Source of the DNA: Candidatus Latescibacterota bacterium
Lineage (GTDB): Bacteria; Latescibacterota; UBA2968; GCA-2709665
Assembly (NCBI GenBank): GCA_965226795.1
Contig: CBDDDZ010000005.1
Span: forward strand, 1,696,001-1,760,000
Reading direction: 5' to 3'
DNA length: 64,000 nucleotides
Shown: positions 31,513 to 41,193 of the stretch, piece by piece
Position numbering within the stretch: the first letter of the stretch is position 1
How the letters are laid out: each line of letters opens with the position of its first letter
Notes under the pieces: model-generated
Seen by the model: the letters and a program-made list of their open reading frames with translations, nothing else
Told to the model about the DNA's origin: nothing
Database searches by the model: none
Position numbers and translations under genes: made by a program

Positions 31513-31780
31513 AGCCGTTCCCCAGTCAGATTGGAGAATTGCGCCGTCGTTGTCGTTTCACTATATTTAGGACGCCCCGATGTGCGGGCGGTGATTCAGG
31601 TTTTCACAACGGGTTCCTGCACCGCTTCTGACCGGTTTGTTGTGCCCCGTGCGTCATTGCCCAAACCGGACCTTGTATTCTGTTTTTCGACTTCCGGTCG
31701 GGAACGAGGCGGAACCCCGGCGGGAAGAAATCACGTTCACGAAAACCTCGGTCGGGTACGACCGCACCAGGAATGCACTT

Positions 31781-33253
31781 ATGCCAACCGGAGACATCGT
31801 CCGCATCGGACACCTGAAGACCGTCGAAGCGTTTCGGAAGCGCCTAGAGACCCTCTGTCTGGAATTGCCCTGCGACCAGGACATCCTTACTGCACCCGAA
31901 TCTCCGCTCGCACAACCTTTTCCGTTCGCCCCGGCGTCCATCGGCAATCGGTTTGCAATTCATCCGATGGAAGGCTGGGACGGCCTTACGGACGGCACAC
32001 CATCCGAAAATACCCGGCGCCGGTGGCGGAATTTCGGTCTCAGTGGAGCAAAACTTATCTGGGGGGGCGAGGCGATTGCCGTTCGACCGGAAGCACGTGC
32101 AAACCCCAACCAGCTGTACGCCGCAGACCATACCCGACGCGGCCTCGCCGAACTGCTGGACATACTACGAGCGGCGCACCGACTGCACGCTGGCGACACG
32201 GACGATCTGCTGGTCGGGCTGCAACTCACGCACTCGGGACGGTTCTGCCGGCCTGCGCACAAGAGCAGGATGGAACCCAGAATTCTGTACCGTCATCCAA
32301 TTCTTGACCGTAAATTCGGCGTGGGTCCGAAGCACCCCGTGATGTCGGACAGCGAGATACGATCCGTTATCGACGATTACGTGAAGGCAGCCCGAATGGC
32401 CTCTGATTTGGGCTACCAATTTGTGGACATCAAGCACTGCCACGGATATCTGGGACACGAATTTCTGAGCGCCGTTACCCGCAACGGTCCCTATGGCGGC
32501 ACCTTTGAGAACCGAACGCGTTTCCTTCGGGAAATTGTGCAGGGCATCCGGGCCTTTGTTCCGGATCTCCAAATTGGTGTTCGCCTGAGCGCTTTCGACT
32601 TTGTTCCGTTCCGGCCGGATCCGAAACAGACTGACGGTCATAAACAGGGCCCGGGCATACCGGAAGATTTCGACCACTGCCTGCCCTATGCATTCGGTTT
32701 TGGAACAAACCCGTCCAACCCCGTCGTCCCGGATCTTACCGAACCCTATATGTTTCTCGACTTGCTCGAACGCCTGGACATCCCGCTGGTCAATATTTCT
32801 GCCGGCAGCCCGTATTACAGCCCCCACATTCAGCGGCCCGCGTACTATCCGCCTTCAGATGGTTACCAACCACCTGAAGACCCTCTTGTGGGCGTCGCGC
32901 GTCAGATCGACGCCGTCCGGCGGATCAAGACGCGGCATCCCAACCTGATTGTGGTGGGTACGGGGTATTCTTACCTTCAGGAATTTCTGCCGCACGTCGC
33001 TCAAGCACTCGTGCGCGCAGGGCAGGTCGACTTTATCGGTCTGGGCCGGATGGTCCTTTCCTACCCGCAGCTTCCGCTTGACGTCCTCAGAAACGGAGAA
33101 CTGAACATCCGGGCCATCTGTCGAACGTTCAGCGATTGCACCACCGCCCCTCGGAACGGGCTGATATCGGGTTGTTTCCCGCTGGATGGTCATTATAAAA
33201 AATCCCCTGAAGCCAAACGCCTCAGGGAAATTAAGAAAGCCGCCCGTTCCTAG
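31781..33253 (+). CDS. NADH:flavin oxidoreductase (old yellow enzyme family)
   Basis: [37 protein letters not shown]-terminal CRTFSDC. Confidence 0.9.
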   Translation: MPTGDIVRIGHLKTVEAFRKRLETLCLELPCDQDILTAPESPLAQPFPFAPASIGNRFAIHPMEGWDGLTDGTPSENTRRRWRNFGLSGAKLIWGGEAIAVRPEARANPNQLYAADHTRRGLAELLDILRAAHRLHAGDTDDLLVGLQLTHSGRFCRPAHKSRMEPRILYRHPILDRKFGVGPKHPVMSDSEIRSVIDDYVKAARMASDLGYQFVDIKHCHGYLGHEFLSAVTRNGPYGGTFENRTRFLREIVQGIRAFVPDLQIGVRLSAFDFVPFRPDPKQTDGHKQGPGIPEDFDHCLPYAFGFGTNPSNPVVPDLTEPYMFLDLLERLDIPLVNISAGSPYYSPHIQRPAYYPPSDGYQPPEDPLVGVARQIDAVRRIKTRHPNLIVVGTGYSYLQEFLPHVAQALVRAGQVDFIGLGRMVLSYPQLPLDVLRNGELNIRAICRTFSDCTTAPRNGLISGCFPLDGHYKKSPEAKRLREIKKAARS

Positions 33254-33293
33254 CAAGGGGAAAGCGGCGCGCCGCCACCCGTGCCCGACGCGC

Positions 33294-34103
33294 TCAACCC
33301 TCTTTGCCATTGTTGACCGCCACGGATTTGAGTACGAAGACCTCCTCCAGATTGAAGAAATCGACGCTGGGTATCAGCTGGACTTCCTTGAAAAGCGCCT
33401 GATCGTGTTCGCCCACCCGGGTTACCGTGCCAATTAAGAGACCCTTGGGAAACAGACCGCCCAAGCCCGACGAAATAATCCTATCGCCCTCGGAAACCTC
33501 GCTACGTACCGACACGTGCCTGAGAAAAAAGCTGCCGTTTTCGCACGTTACAATTCCCGACGTCCTTTCGTTGCGCTGAACGATCGCGCTAACCCTGCAA
33601 TTGCGATCTAGCAACAACTGAACCACGGCAGTCCGCGGGTGAACTTCCAGTACGCGTCCAACGAGCCCGTCCGCGGTTACGACCGGCATGCGTTTCGCCA
33701 CCCCGTCCGCCGCGCCCATGTCCAGGAGTACCGTGTTCAGTACGCGGTTCGGATCTCGGGCAACCACCTTTGCCACCAGATAGGTGCCCTCGGCCTTCGT
33801 TCGAAAGTCGAGTAACTCGCGAAGTCTTAGATTCTCCATCCGCGCTTCACGGAGTTCCATCAACTCGAGCGAGATCCGCAGATTCTGTTCCCGCAAGATA
33901 TGATTTTCATGACGCAGCCTGAATAGTTCCCTGGGCCATCTGAACAATCCGTGCCCGGCTTCCATAAACCCGGTGGCGATGCCTCTTGCCAGCGCCACCG
34001 CATCAGATTGGCTGAGTGCCATGAGACTCAGCGATACAAAGATGGCCACGCCCAACACGACAAAAGCACGGCGTCCACGTATAAAGCCAAGCAGCCACTG
34101 CAT
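33294..34103 (-). CDS. mreC: Rod shape-determining protein MreC
   Basis: N-terminal TM, ENLRLRELL coiled coil, GLVGRV, SSGLGGLFPKG; downstream of mreB. Confidence 0.92.
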   Translation of the reverse strand: MQWLLGFIRGRRAFVVLGVAIFVSLSLMALSQSDAVALARGIATGFMEAGHGLFRWPRELFRLRHENHILREQNLRISLELMELREARMENLRLRELLDFRTKAEGTYLVAKVVARDPNRVLNTVLLDMGAADGVAKRMPVVTADGLVGRVLEVHPRTAVVQLLLDRNCRVSAIVQRNERTSGIVTCENGSFFLRHVSVRSEVSEGDRIISSGLGGLFPKGLLIGTVTRVGEHDQALFKEVQLIPSVDFFNLEEVFVLKSVAVNNGKEG

Positions 34104-34125
34104 GGGTTATCCAAACCATTATCGA

Positions 34126-35145
34126 TTATAATAACAACTTCTGATACTGGTCGATATTTTCAAGAACGCGCCCGGTGCCGCGGACAACACAGGTGAGCGG
34201 GTCGTCTGCCACGATCACCGGCAAGCCGGTTTCCTCCATCAGCCTGTGGTCCAATCCGCGCAGCAATGCCCCGCCACCCGTCATAATGATGCCCCGATCG
34301 AGTATATCGGCAGCCAGTTCGGGCGGTGTATGCTCCAGGGTCTGCCGCACCGCTTCCAGAATGGAATTCACCGTCCCATTGAGAGCCTCCCGAATTTCCA
34401 CCGAATCGACGATAATGGTTTTCGGGATAAAGCTGACCGTATCCAGACCCCGGCAAGGATGCTGGAATTCGCTATCCAGTTTCCCGGCAGAACCGATTTC
34501 ACATTTGATCTGCTCCGCGCTCCGTTCCCCAACAAGAAGGTTGTGTTTGCGTCTAAGCATCGTAATAATGGCCTGATTCATCCCGTCGCCCGCTATTTTA
34601 ATTGACCTGGAGGTTACGATGCCCGACAGGGCAATCACGGCGATTTCGGTTGTACCGCCTCCGATGTCAATTACCATGGACCCCACTGCCTCTTCCACGG
34701 GCAGGCCGATCCCTATGGCTGCGGCCATGGGTTCCTTGATGATATACACCTCGCGGGCGCCTGCGCGCTCCGCGGACTCCCGGACGGCCCGCATTTCGAC
34801 GGCGGTCACGCCCGAAGGAACGCATATCACAATTCGCGGGCGTACGAGAAGCCTGTTTTTTTTAACCTTTCGGATGAAATGCCGAAGCATCTCTTCGGTC
34901 ACATCGAAATCGGCAATAACCCCGTTACGCAATGGACGTATCACCTCAATATCCGGGTTCTGGCGCCCCATCATCTGCTTGGCATGGGCACCGATGGCCA
35001 GCGGTTTTTGGGATTTTCGATCCAGAGCCACCACCGACGGCTCATCTACCACGATATTCTGTCCTTTGACATAAACCAGCGTATTGGCCGTACCCAGATC
35101 GATACCGATGTCGTTGGACAGCAGCCTGGAAAGAAAAAATGCCAT
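34126..35145 (-). CDS. mreB: Rod shape-determining protein MreB
   Basis: IDLGTANT, EPMAAAIG, DIGGGTTE, TGGGALL. Confidence 0.97.
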   Translation of the reverse strand: MAFFLSRLLSNDIGIDLGTANTLVYVKGQNIVVDEPSVVALDRKSQKPLAIGAHAKQMMGRQNPDIEVIRPLRNGVIADFDVTEEMLRHFIRKVKKNRLLVRPRIVICVPSGVTAVEMRAVRESAERAGAREVYIIKEPMAAAIGIGLPVEEAVGSMVIDIGGGTTEIAVIALSGIVTSRSIKIAGDGMNQAIITMLRRKHNLLVGERSAEQIKCEIGSAGKLDSEFQHPCRGLDTVSFIPKTIIVDSVEIREALNGTVNSILEAVRQTLEHTPPELAADILDRGIIMTGGGALLRGLDHRLMEETGLPVIVADDPLTCVVRGTGRVLENIDQYQKLLL

Positions 35146-35166
35146 AGTGATTCAGTTCCTAACGGG

Positions 35167-36045
35167 TTAGCCAAGCAATCGATCCCGGACGTCGCGATAC
35201 TTGTCCAGCGTTTTCTCGACAATCTCGTCTGGCAACTCCGGCGCGGGCGGGATCTTGTCCCAATCGAGGGTCTCGAGATAATCGCGGACAAACTGCTTGT
35301 CGAAACTGTCCTGCGACCGGCCCGGCGCATAGAGTTCGTGGTCCCAGAAGCGGGAGGAATCCGGCGACAGGATCTCGTCGATCAGGATCACCTCACCGTC
35401 ACAAAGGCCGAATTCGAACTTGGTATCGGCAATAATGATTCCCTTGCCCTCGGCGAACGTTCGGGCGGCGTCGTAGATCTCCAGCGTTAAATCCCGCAAC
35501 CGGGACGCAAGGTCCGGCTCCACGACATCGCACATCTGTTCGAATGAGATGTTTTCGTCGTGTCCGGTCGAGGCTTTCGTGGCCGGTGTAAAGATCGGCC
35601 GGGCCAGCCGGCTGGACTCCTGGAGCCCGCCGGGCAACTGTACCCCGCATACGGCGCCTGTCTTCGTGTAATCCTTCCATCCGGACCCGGCAAGATATCC
35701 CCGGACGACGCATTCGATATCCACCCGGTCGGCCTTCATCACCAGCATCGACCTCGATTCAAGCTGGTCTCGATAGGCCTGCAACTCAGGAGGATACTCG
35801 TCGACGTTCGCCGTGATCAAATGATGGTTGACCACGTGAGCGAGTTTCTCGAACCAGAAGAGAGACATCTCCGTCAGAATAGCGCCCTTGCCTGGAATGC
35901 CGTTGGGCGCGACACAGTCAAACGCCGAGATTCGATCCGTCGCCACAATTAAAAGTCGATCTTCCAAATCGTAGACATCACGGACCTTTCCCCTGGCGAA
36001 CAGGGGAACGCCGTCCAACCTCGTCTCCGTCAACGCCAATTTCAT
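35167..36045 (-). CDS. purC: SAICAR synthase
   Basis: GKVRDVY, DRISAFD, ECVVRGYL, ADTKFEFG, PDSSRFW, DKQFVRD. Confidence 0.97.
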   Translation of the reverse strand: MKLALTETRLDGVPLFARGKVRDVYDLEDRLLIVATDRISAFDCVAPNGIPGKGAILTEMSLFWFEKLAHVVNHHLITANVDEYPPELQAYRDQLESRSMLVMKADRVDIECVVRGYLAGSGWKDYTKTGAVCGVQLPGGLQESSRLARPIFTPATKASTGHDENISFEQMCDVVEPDLASRLRDLTLEIYDAARTFAEGKGIIIADTKFEFGLCDGEVILIDEILSPDSSRFWDHELYAPGRSQDSFDKQFVRDYLETLDWDKIPPAPELPDEIVEKTLDKYRDVRDRLLG

Positions 36046-36061
36046 GGACGCATAGCCTCCT

Positions 36062-36724
36062 CTAGTTTAAAATTCGGACCTCCCGGCCAGCGACGCTTAT
36101 TCTGCCTTCCGCGAACAAACCGATCGCTTCGGCATACAACTCGTGCTCCACGGCCAGTACCTTGCGTGCGAGGGAATCGGGCGTATCTTCGGTTGCAACG
36201 CGGACCCTTCGCTGCAATATGATCGGGCCGGTGTCGTATTCCTCGTCCACGAGATGCACGGTCGCACCGGAGACCACCGCGCCACTCCGGACGACAGCTT
36301 CGTGGACACGGTGCCCATACATACCCAGGCCGCCGAATGCCGGAAGGAGGGCGGGGTGTATATTGACGATACGGTCTCTATAGTTCTCGAGAGTCACGGG
36401 GCCAAGTTTCTTCATGTATCCGGCCAGAACCACCAGGTCGACGCCGTGGGACCTGAGCGTTGCCGCGATAGTCCGGTCGAGTGCGCCGGGTTTCGGGTGC
36501 GTCAGACCGCTCAGGTGGAATGCGGGAACGCCCGCCCGCCGGGCGCGGGCAAGAGCGCCCGATCGGCTGTTATTGCCGATCACAACGGCCACACGCGCCG
36601 GAAGCCTGCCCGAATCGCTCCGGTCGAGTATCGCCTGCAGATTGGTTCCCCCTCCCGAGGCCAGAACACCCAGGCTGTAGGCAACGTTACGTTCAGACTG
36701 GTTTATAATTCCAGAATCCGACAC
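36062..36724 (-). CDS. purN: Phosphoribosylglycinamide formyltransferase (start uncertain)
   Basis: ASGGGTNLQA, LAGYM, NIHPALLP, SGATVH, YDTGPII. Confidence 0.95.
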   Translation of the reverse strand: MSDSGIINQSERNVAYSLGVLASGGGTNLQAILDRSDSGRLPARVAVVIGNNSRSGALARARRAGVPAFHLSGLTHPKPGALDRTIAATLRSHGVDLVVLAGYMKKLGPVTLENYRDRIVNIHPALLPAFGGLGMYGHRVHEAVVRSGAVVSGATVHLVDEEYDTGPIILQRRVRVATEDTPDSLARKVLAVEHELYAEAIGLFAEGRISVAGREVRILN

Positions 36725-36847
36725 GGGGATACGTTCCGATGGCTGACTCTGCAACAGATAATTCGGCGGGGAAAAAGCAGAAAAGGGGGAAGACGCCCGA
36801 CGGCAAGAATGGCGTCGGGACTGAGAGACACGTGACTCAAACAACTC

Positions 36848-36876
36848 AAAATAACCCATTGCCCGCCCGATGTCAA
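36848..36876 (-). promoter_or_regulatory. sigma70-type promoter for purN-purC-mreBC
   Basis: Minus strand TTGACA-17 nt-TATTTT. Confidence 0.65.
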
Positions 36877-37006
36877 GCGCTTTGCAGGCAAGGTTCAGGC
36901 GGAGCGAGAGACAAAATCCACTTGACAAAAATGCAACAAAATTCCTTATTTAAACCGATATATGTTAAGCACTTACTCATTTGGCTCACCACAGCGGAGG
37001 TTGCCT

Positions 37007-37903
37007 TTGAAGATTCGCAAGGCTGTGATCGCGGCGGCCGGGCACGGCAGCCGGATGTTGCCGGCCACCAAAGCCCTGCCCAAAGAGATGATGCCTGTGG
37101 TAGACAAACCGGCTATACAATACATCATCGAAGAACTGGTAGAAGCTGGCATTGAAGACATTCTGATAATTACGGGCAGAGGCAAACGGGCCATAGAAGA
37201 CCACTTCGACCGCAATGTCGAACTTCACAACGCCCTGGCAGAGCGGGAAGACCGCTCGATGCTCGCAACCCTTGAATGCATCGAGCAACTCGCCGACATC
37301 CACTATCTCCGACAGAGAGAACTACTCGGAACCGGTCACGCTGTCCTCAGGGCCCGCAAACACGTCGGTGACGAACCGTTTGCAGTGTTATTCGGAGACG
37401 ACCTGGTGGTATCCGACCGTCCGTGCATCGGGCAACTGATGGATCAATTCGACAATTTCGGCGCGTCGATTCTGGCGGTTAAAGAGGTGGCCCCCGAACT
37501 TGTCGGCAGCTACGGCGTGATCAAAGCCGAATCCATCAACGGGGCATATCTCGTGAAGGGCCTGGTGGAAAAACCCGTCCCGGCGCAGGCACCCTCAAAT
37601 CTCGCCTGCCTCGGGAGGTATATCTTCGAACCCGACATCTTCGATTTTCTGGATCGAATCACCCCGGTGGAAAATGGCGAGTACCAGCTTACCGACGCCA
37701 TTCAGCTGATGATTCAAACCCGACCCGTGTACGCGTGCGCAATTGATGGGGATTGGCACACGGTTGGCGACTTGCTCTCGTATTTGAAAACAACGGTTGC
37801 ATTCGCCGTGGAGCACCCCACCATTGGCGATTCCTTCCTGGAATATCTGAAAACAACCTGTCAATCCCTGTTTCTGGACGTCGAGAAATCACGCGACCAT
37901 TGA
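37007..37903 (+). CDS. galU: UTP-glucose-1-phosphate uridylyltransferase
   Basis: KAVIAAAGHGSRMLPATKALPKEM, IEDHFD, LVEKP, EYQLTDA; GGAGG RBS before TTG. Confidence 0.93.
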   Translation: MKIRKAVIAAAGHGSRMLPATKALPKEMMPVVDKPAIQYIIEELVEAGIEDILIITGRGKRAIEDHFDRNVELHNALAEREDRSMLATLECIEQLADIHYLRQRELLGTGHAVLRARKHVGDEPFAVLFGDDLVVSDRPCIGQLMDQFDNFGASILAVKEVAPELVGSYGVIKAESINGAYLVKGLVEKPVPAQAPSNLACLGRYIFEPDIFDFLDRITPVENGEYQLTDAIQLMIQTRPVYACAIDGDWHTVGDLLSYLKTTVAFAVEHPTIGDSFLEYLKTTCQSLFLDVEKSRDH

Positions 37904-37909
37904 ACGGGC

Positions 37910-38389
37910 TCATGCCCGGGCAAGAATGCCATCAAAGTCAGCCAGAATCTCGTCCACGCGGGCGACAATTGCGCGCTCCTGACTCGCGATCCATTCGACA
38001 TCCTGCCTGCTGAGCTCCCCACGCCTCTCAAAGGTTTCCAGTTCATCCCGATCAAGAACCGTGAGCCGGCCTTCCGAATCGAACCAGAGATCCAGCATCA
38101 GGTCGACATAATCAACGCACTGATCGCCCACCTCCAGATTCTTGCAGATGTGAAAGAGATGGCCCAGCAGCCGCCCTACCGGATCGTAAGTTTTCCACAA
38201 TACATACCCGGCCCCTTGCCGATAGTATCCATACGTAACGGACCCGGTTCCGAACGTGATATCGCCCACCCGCCCGGGCCGTGTGTTCACATATTTGAGT
38301 ATAACGCAACCCGGCATACGCACAAGGGGTTCGCAAACAAAAACGGCGTCCGGTTTGTCCAGGTGCCGTTTTACTTCCCGATAACTCAT
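37910..38389 (-). CDS. DUF402 (FomD-like nucleoside diphosphate phosphatase family) protein; open frame extends to 38578
   Basis: VDYVDLMLDLW...VLDRDELE acidic motif. Confidence 0.75.
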   Translation of the reverse strand: MSYREVKRHLDKPDAVFVCEPLVRMPGCVILKYVNTRPGRVGDITFGTGSVTYGYYRQGAGYVLWKTYDPVGRLLGHLFHICKNLEVGDQCVDYVDLMLDLWFDSEGRLTVLDRDELETFERRGELSRQDVEWIASQERAIVARVDEILADFDGILARA

Positions 38390-38574
38390 TGCGTTTACGA
38401 ACCGCTTAAAAGATAACAGAACAACATCGTGGTACATGCCACCAACCAGCATGCCCATTGAAGCAGTTTCGCGCGTCGTCCCTCCATACCTGACGAAATG
38501 GATTGACCAAGATAACAACAAAGGAACACCAGCGATATTCCGATACCCCAGATTGTAATCAAGAAAGACCCTCC

Positions 38575-39318
38575 TCATTCCTGCGCCTGTGCCTCTCCCG
38601 TCATCGGTACGAACCGGACGGGAATTACCCTTTCTTCCCTAACGCCATTCTTCTCCTTGACAAGCAGCGTCAGGGTTTGATTGGCGGTGCCTACAGGTAT
38701 CACCATACGCCCGCCTTCCCGAAGCTGTTCGACAAGCTTTGGCGGAATATGGTCGGGCGCCGCCGTCACGATGACTGCGTCGAACGGCGCATGTTCCTTC
38801 CAGCCCCTGTACCCGTCACCTAGACGCACGCTAATGTTGTCGTATCCCATTCGTGTGAGTCGTCCTTCGGCCTGGCGAGCGAGCGACGGCACGATTTCAA
38901 TGGTATACACCTCGCGCACGAGCTTTGCCAGAACAGCCGCCTGATAGCCCGAGCCGGTTCCCACCTCGAGCACCCTCTCGTCGCCTTCAAGGTCCAACAA
39001 TTCCGTCATCTTCGCCACAATGTACGGCTGCGATATCGTCTGGTCTTCGCCAATAGGCAACGCGCCGTCGTCATACGCGCGTTCCTTCAGGTGTGCGGCC
39101 ACGAACAGGTGGCGGGGCACCCCCAGCATCGCATCGAGCACGCGGCGCTCCTTGATTCCGCGGCGCTCGATCTGTATTTTTACCATCCTTTTGCGCATAA
39201 TGAGAAATCGCGCCTCCTCATCCACCGACAACCTTTGTCTGTCTGTCGAATCCGCACTACAACCTGCGCAAAGCGCCAACCATAGCGCCGGCAACGTAGC
39301 GCCGCGTAAGCGATGCAT
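38575..39318 (-). CDS. pcm: Protein-L-isoaspartate O-methyltransferase with an N-terminal lipoprotein-like signal
   Basis: VPRHLF, QTISQPY, VLEVGTGSGYQ, APFDAVIVTAA, VRFVP; N-terminus MHRLR...LWLALCAGC. Confidence 0.93.
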   Translation of the reverse strand: MHRLRGATLPALWLALCAGCSADSTDRQRLSVDEEARFLIMRKRMVKIQIERRGIKERRVLDAMLGVPRHLFVAAHLKERAYDDGALPIGEDQTISQPYIVAKMTELLDLEGDERVLEVGTGSGYQAAVLAKLVREVYTIEIVPSLARQAEGRLTRMGYDNISVRLGDGYRGWKEHAPFDAVIVTAAPDHIPPKLVEQLREGGRMVIPVGTANQTLTLLVKEKNGVREERVIPVRFVPMTGEAQAQE

Positions 39319-39339
39319 GGTCTACGGCCTCCCGGTGAA

Positions 39340-40962
39340 TCACTTTCTTTTTTTTTCGAAATATGCCTTATCTCGCTGCAGAAGCTCCGGGTTTAACCGG
39401 TAGAATAAATCCCGGGCCTGCGGCAGCATCCTGCTCGTGACGACGAATCGGCCGTCGAGCAATAGCGATGGATTCATTGACCGATCGATACCTGCTCTTG
39501 ACGCCGCAACCCGGGACCGTGCAGCAAACGCCGCGCCATCTTCGGCGGCGCAGCGCCTTACGCGCTCGACGTCCATCGCCTGCTGATTCAGACAGGTGGT
39601 ATTGGCACGCTTGCCCGCGCTTTTCGAAACACTCCGGAACACGCACATTATATATGCCCTGTACCGATCAGGATAGATCTGCCGAACACACAAGCCGGAT
39701 AGAGCGTCTTTCTCCTGACCCATCGGATGGAGGTGGAGACGTTCCGGGGCATCGACGGCATCCAGCCACGACAGCAGTTCGCCGGCAATTCGCACCGTCA
39801 GTGGCGACGCTCCTGCAAAGAAGAAATCCATACGACCCGGAACGGCCGTCCAGCCCATCAGCCGTGAGACAGGCACGAGTGCGGGCCGTGGCATGTAGCT
39901 GCCGCTCATCGGATACACGGCCTGCACAAATCGACGAAACCTGGCCGTCCTGGAAAAATCGGAGTCGAGTATAAACGCCGGCACCCGGTCGATCTGAAAA
40001 CGGTCCGCCAATCTTCTCCCCTGCCGGGAATGAACGTTCAGTGTTCGAACCTCCACGCCCGGGAACAACTCTCGCGTAGACCGGACAAACAGCCCCGGGT
40101 CGCACAGGTCGCATTCGGTATCGTTCAAAACCGTCATCCTGAAGACAACCGGATCGCTGAATCTGCAAGCCGCCGAAGGCTTGCCGGCGTTAACACAGAC
40201 ACCAACCCTCCCCGTCGACAGACAGTCCTGATCCGTTCCGCAAACCGGAACCGACGCGCAGGGCCCGGCCAGACTATCCAGCACGCAGATGCGGCGCGCC
40301 AGAACCTGCGTTCCCATTCCCTCCTTCACTTCCACGCCGTCGACAAACAGGGTCGGCGACGCCTGGATACCCAGTAGATTCGCCCTCAGGATATTTTCCC
40401 GGAAAAGCACCTCTCCGTCGGCACCGGACGCGACCGCCGCCACCCGTTCCGGTTCCATTCCCGCCCGCCTCGCGCTGGCCTGCCAATCCGGGGAGTGGAT
40501 GTCTTCATTTCTGTATAGAATATAGTCATAATAACGGTCGGGATACAAATGCATCATAACGACCTGCCGGACTCCCTCCTCCACCTCGGTGTCGCCGTGC
40601 AGACTCAAGAAACTGCCGGTTCCGAAAACCATGCCGGAATCGCAGGATTCGCGCTGGGTCTGGCTCGGCCGGAGCGAACCGGAGGGTACACGGCCCTTTC
40701 CAGCCTCCTGAGCGATGAAATGCAGCCGGAAATCAATGCCATCGCCAAATGCCTTGAGCGTGGATGCCAGCGCTGCTTCCGCCCGCATCCCGTAAGGACA
40801 ATGCGCCATCACAAACAGCTCAACTTTTACGCGATTCCCGGCATCGCCCGCGCGAAGCGTCCGGGACTCAGTTCCTGAAACGTCCGCACCGGGAACCGGA
40901 AGCCACGGCAACAGGCCTACCAGCACCGACCAGAAAATAACCCGCAACCCTGTCACATTCAT
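39340..40962 (-). CDS. Exported Cys-rich multi-thioredoxin-fold protein (GILT/DsbA-like domains)
   Basis: Signal-like N-terminus; VELFVMAHCPYG, SLHGDTEVEE, IQASPTLFVDG; Cys-rich linker; CDLC (CxxC) with RVPAF; second degenerate repeat. Confidence 0.6.
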   Translation of the reverse strand: MNVTGLRVIFWSVLVGLLPWLPVPGADVSGTESRTLRAGDAGNRVKVELFVMAHCPYGMRAEAALASTLKAFGDGIDFRLHFIAQEAGKGRVPSGSLRPSQTQRESCDSGMVFGTGSFLSLHGDTEVEEGVRQVVMMHLYPDRYYDYILYRNEDIHSPDWQASARRAGMEPERVAAVASGADGEVLFRENILRANLLGIQASPTLFVDGVEVKEGMGTQVLARRICVLDSLAGPCASVPVCGTDQDCLSTGRVGVCVNAGKPSAACRFSDPVVFRMTVLNDTECDLCDPGLFVRSTRELFPGVEVRTLNVHSRQGRRLADRFQIDRVPAFILDSDFSRTARFRRFVQAVYPMSGSYMPRPALVPVSRLMGWTAVPGRMDFFFAGASPLTVRIAGELLSWLDAVDAPERLHLHPMGQEKDALSGLCVRQIYPDRYRAYIMCVFRSVSKSAGKRANTTCLNQQAMDVERVRRCAAEDGAAFAARSRVAASRAGIDRSMNPSLLLDGRFVVTSRMLPQARDLFYRLNPELLQRDKAYFEKKRK

Positions 40963-41130
40963 AACGACCTCATTGATCCTTGAAAATGCCAGTCTTAACC
41001 AGGCTTCAAGCAGAGAAAAGGCGAAGGCGGGTCGCAGGGCCTGGCACGGATCCTGCAGAGGCAAAAGACAACAGGCGGGATCAACCCGACCAGGGCGCGT
41101 TTCCGACCGGCGAGCGTCAGGATTGCGGCA

Positions 41131-41167
41131 GAACAAGAAAGGCCGCCTCTGGCTTAGAGACGACCTT
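41131..41167 (-). terminator. Intrinsic terminator after the FlgD-Ig protein gene
   Basis: Minus strand AAGGTCGTCTCT-AAGCC-AGAGGCGGCCTT followed by TCTTGTTC. Confidence 0.65.
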
Positions 41168-41193
41168 AACAGTGCAGCGACAGATCAATAAAG

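Noticed and set aside
36730..36845. ZMP/ZTP or purine riboswitch in the purN leader
   Set aside because: The conserved GACUGGCG and GCC..CGCCUGGGC elements and the purine aptamer core were not found
38390..38578. 63-aa N-terminal extension of the DUF402 ORF overlapping the pcm stop
   Set aside because: The extension has no recognisable motif and is AT-richer; probably a chance open frame, though translational coupling cannot be excluded
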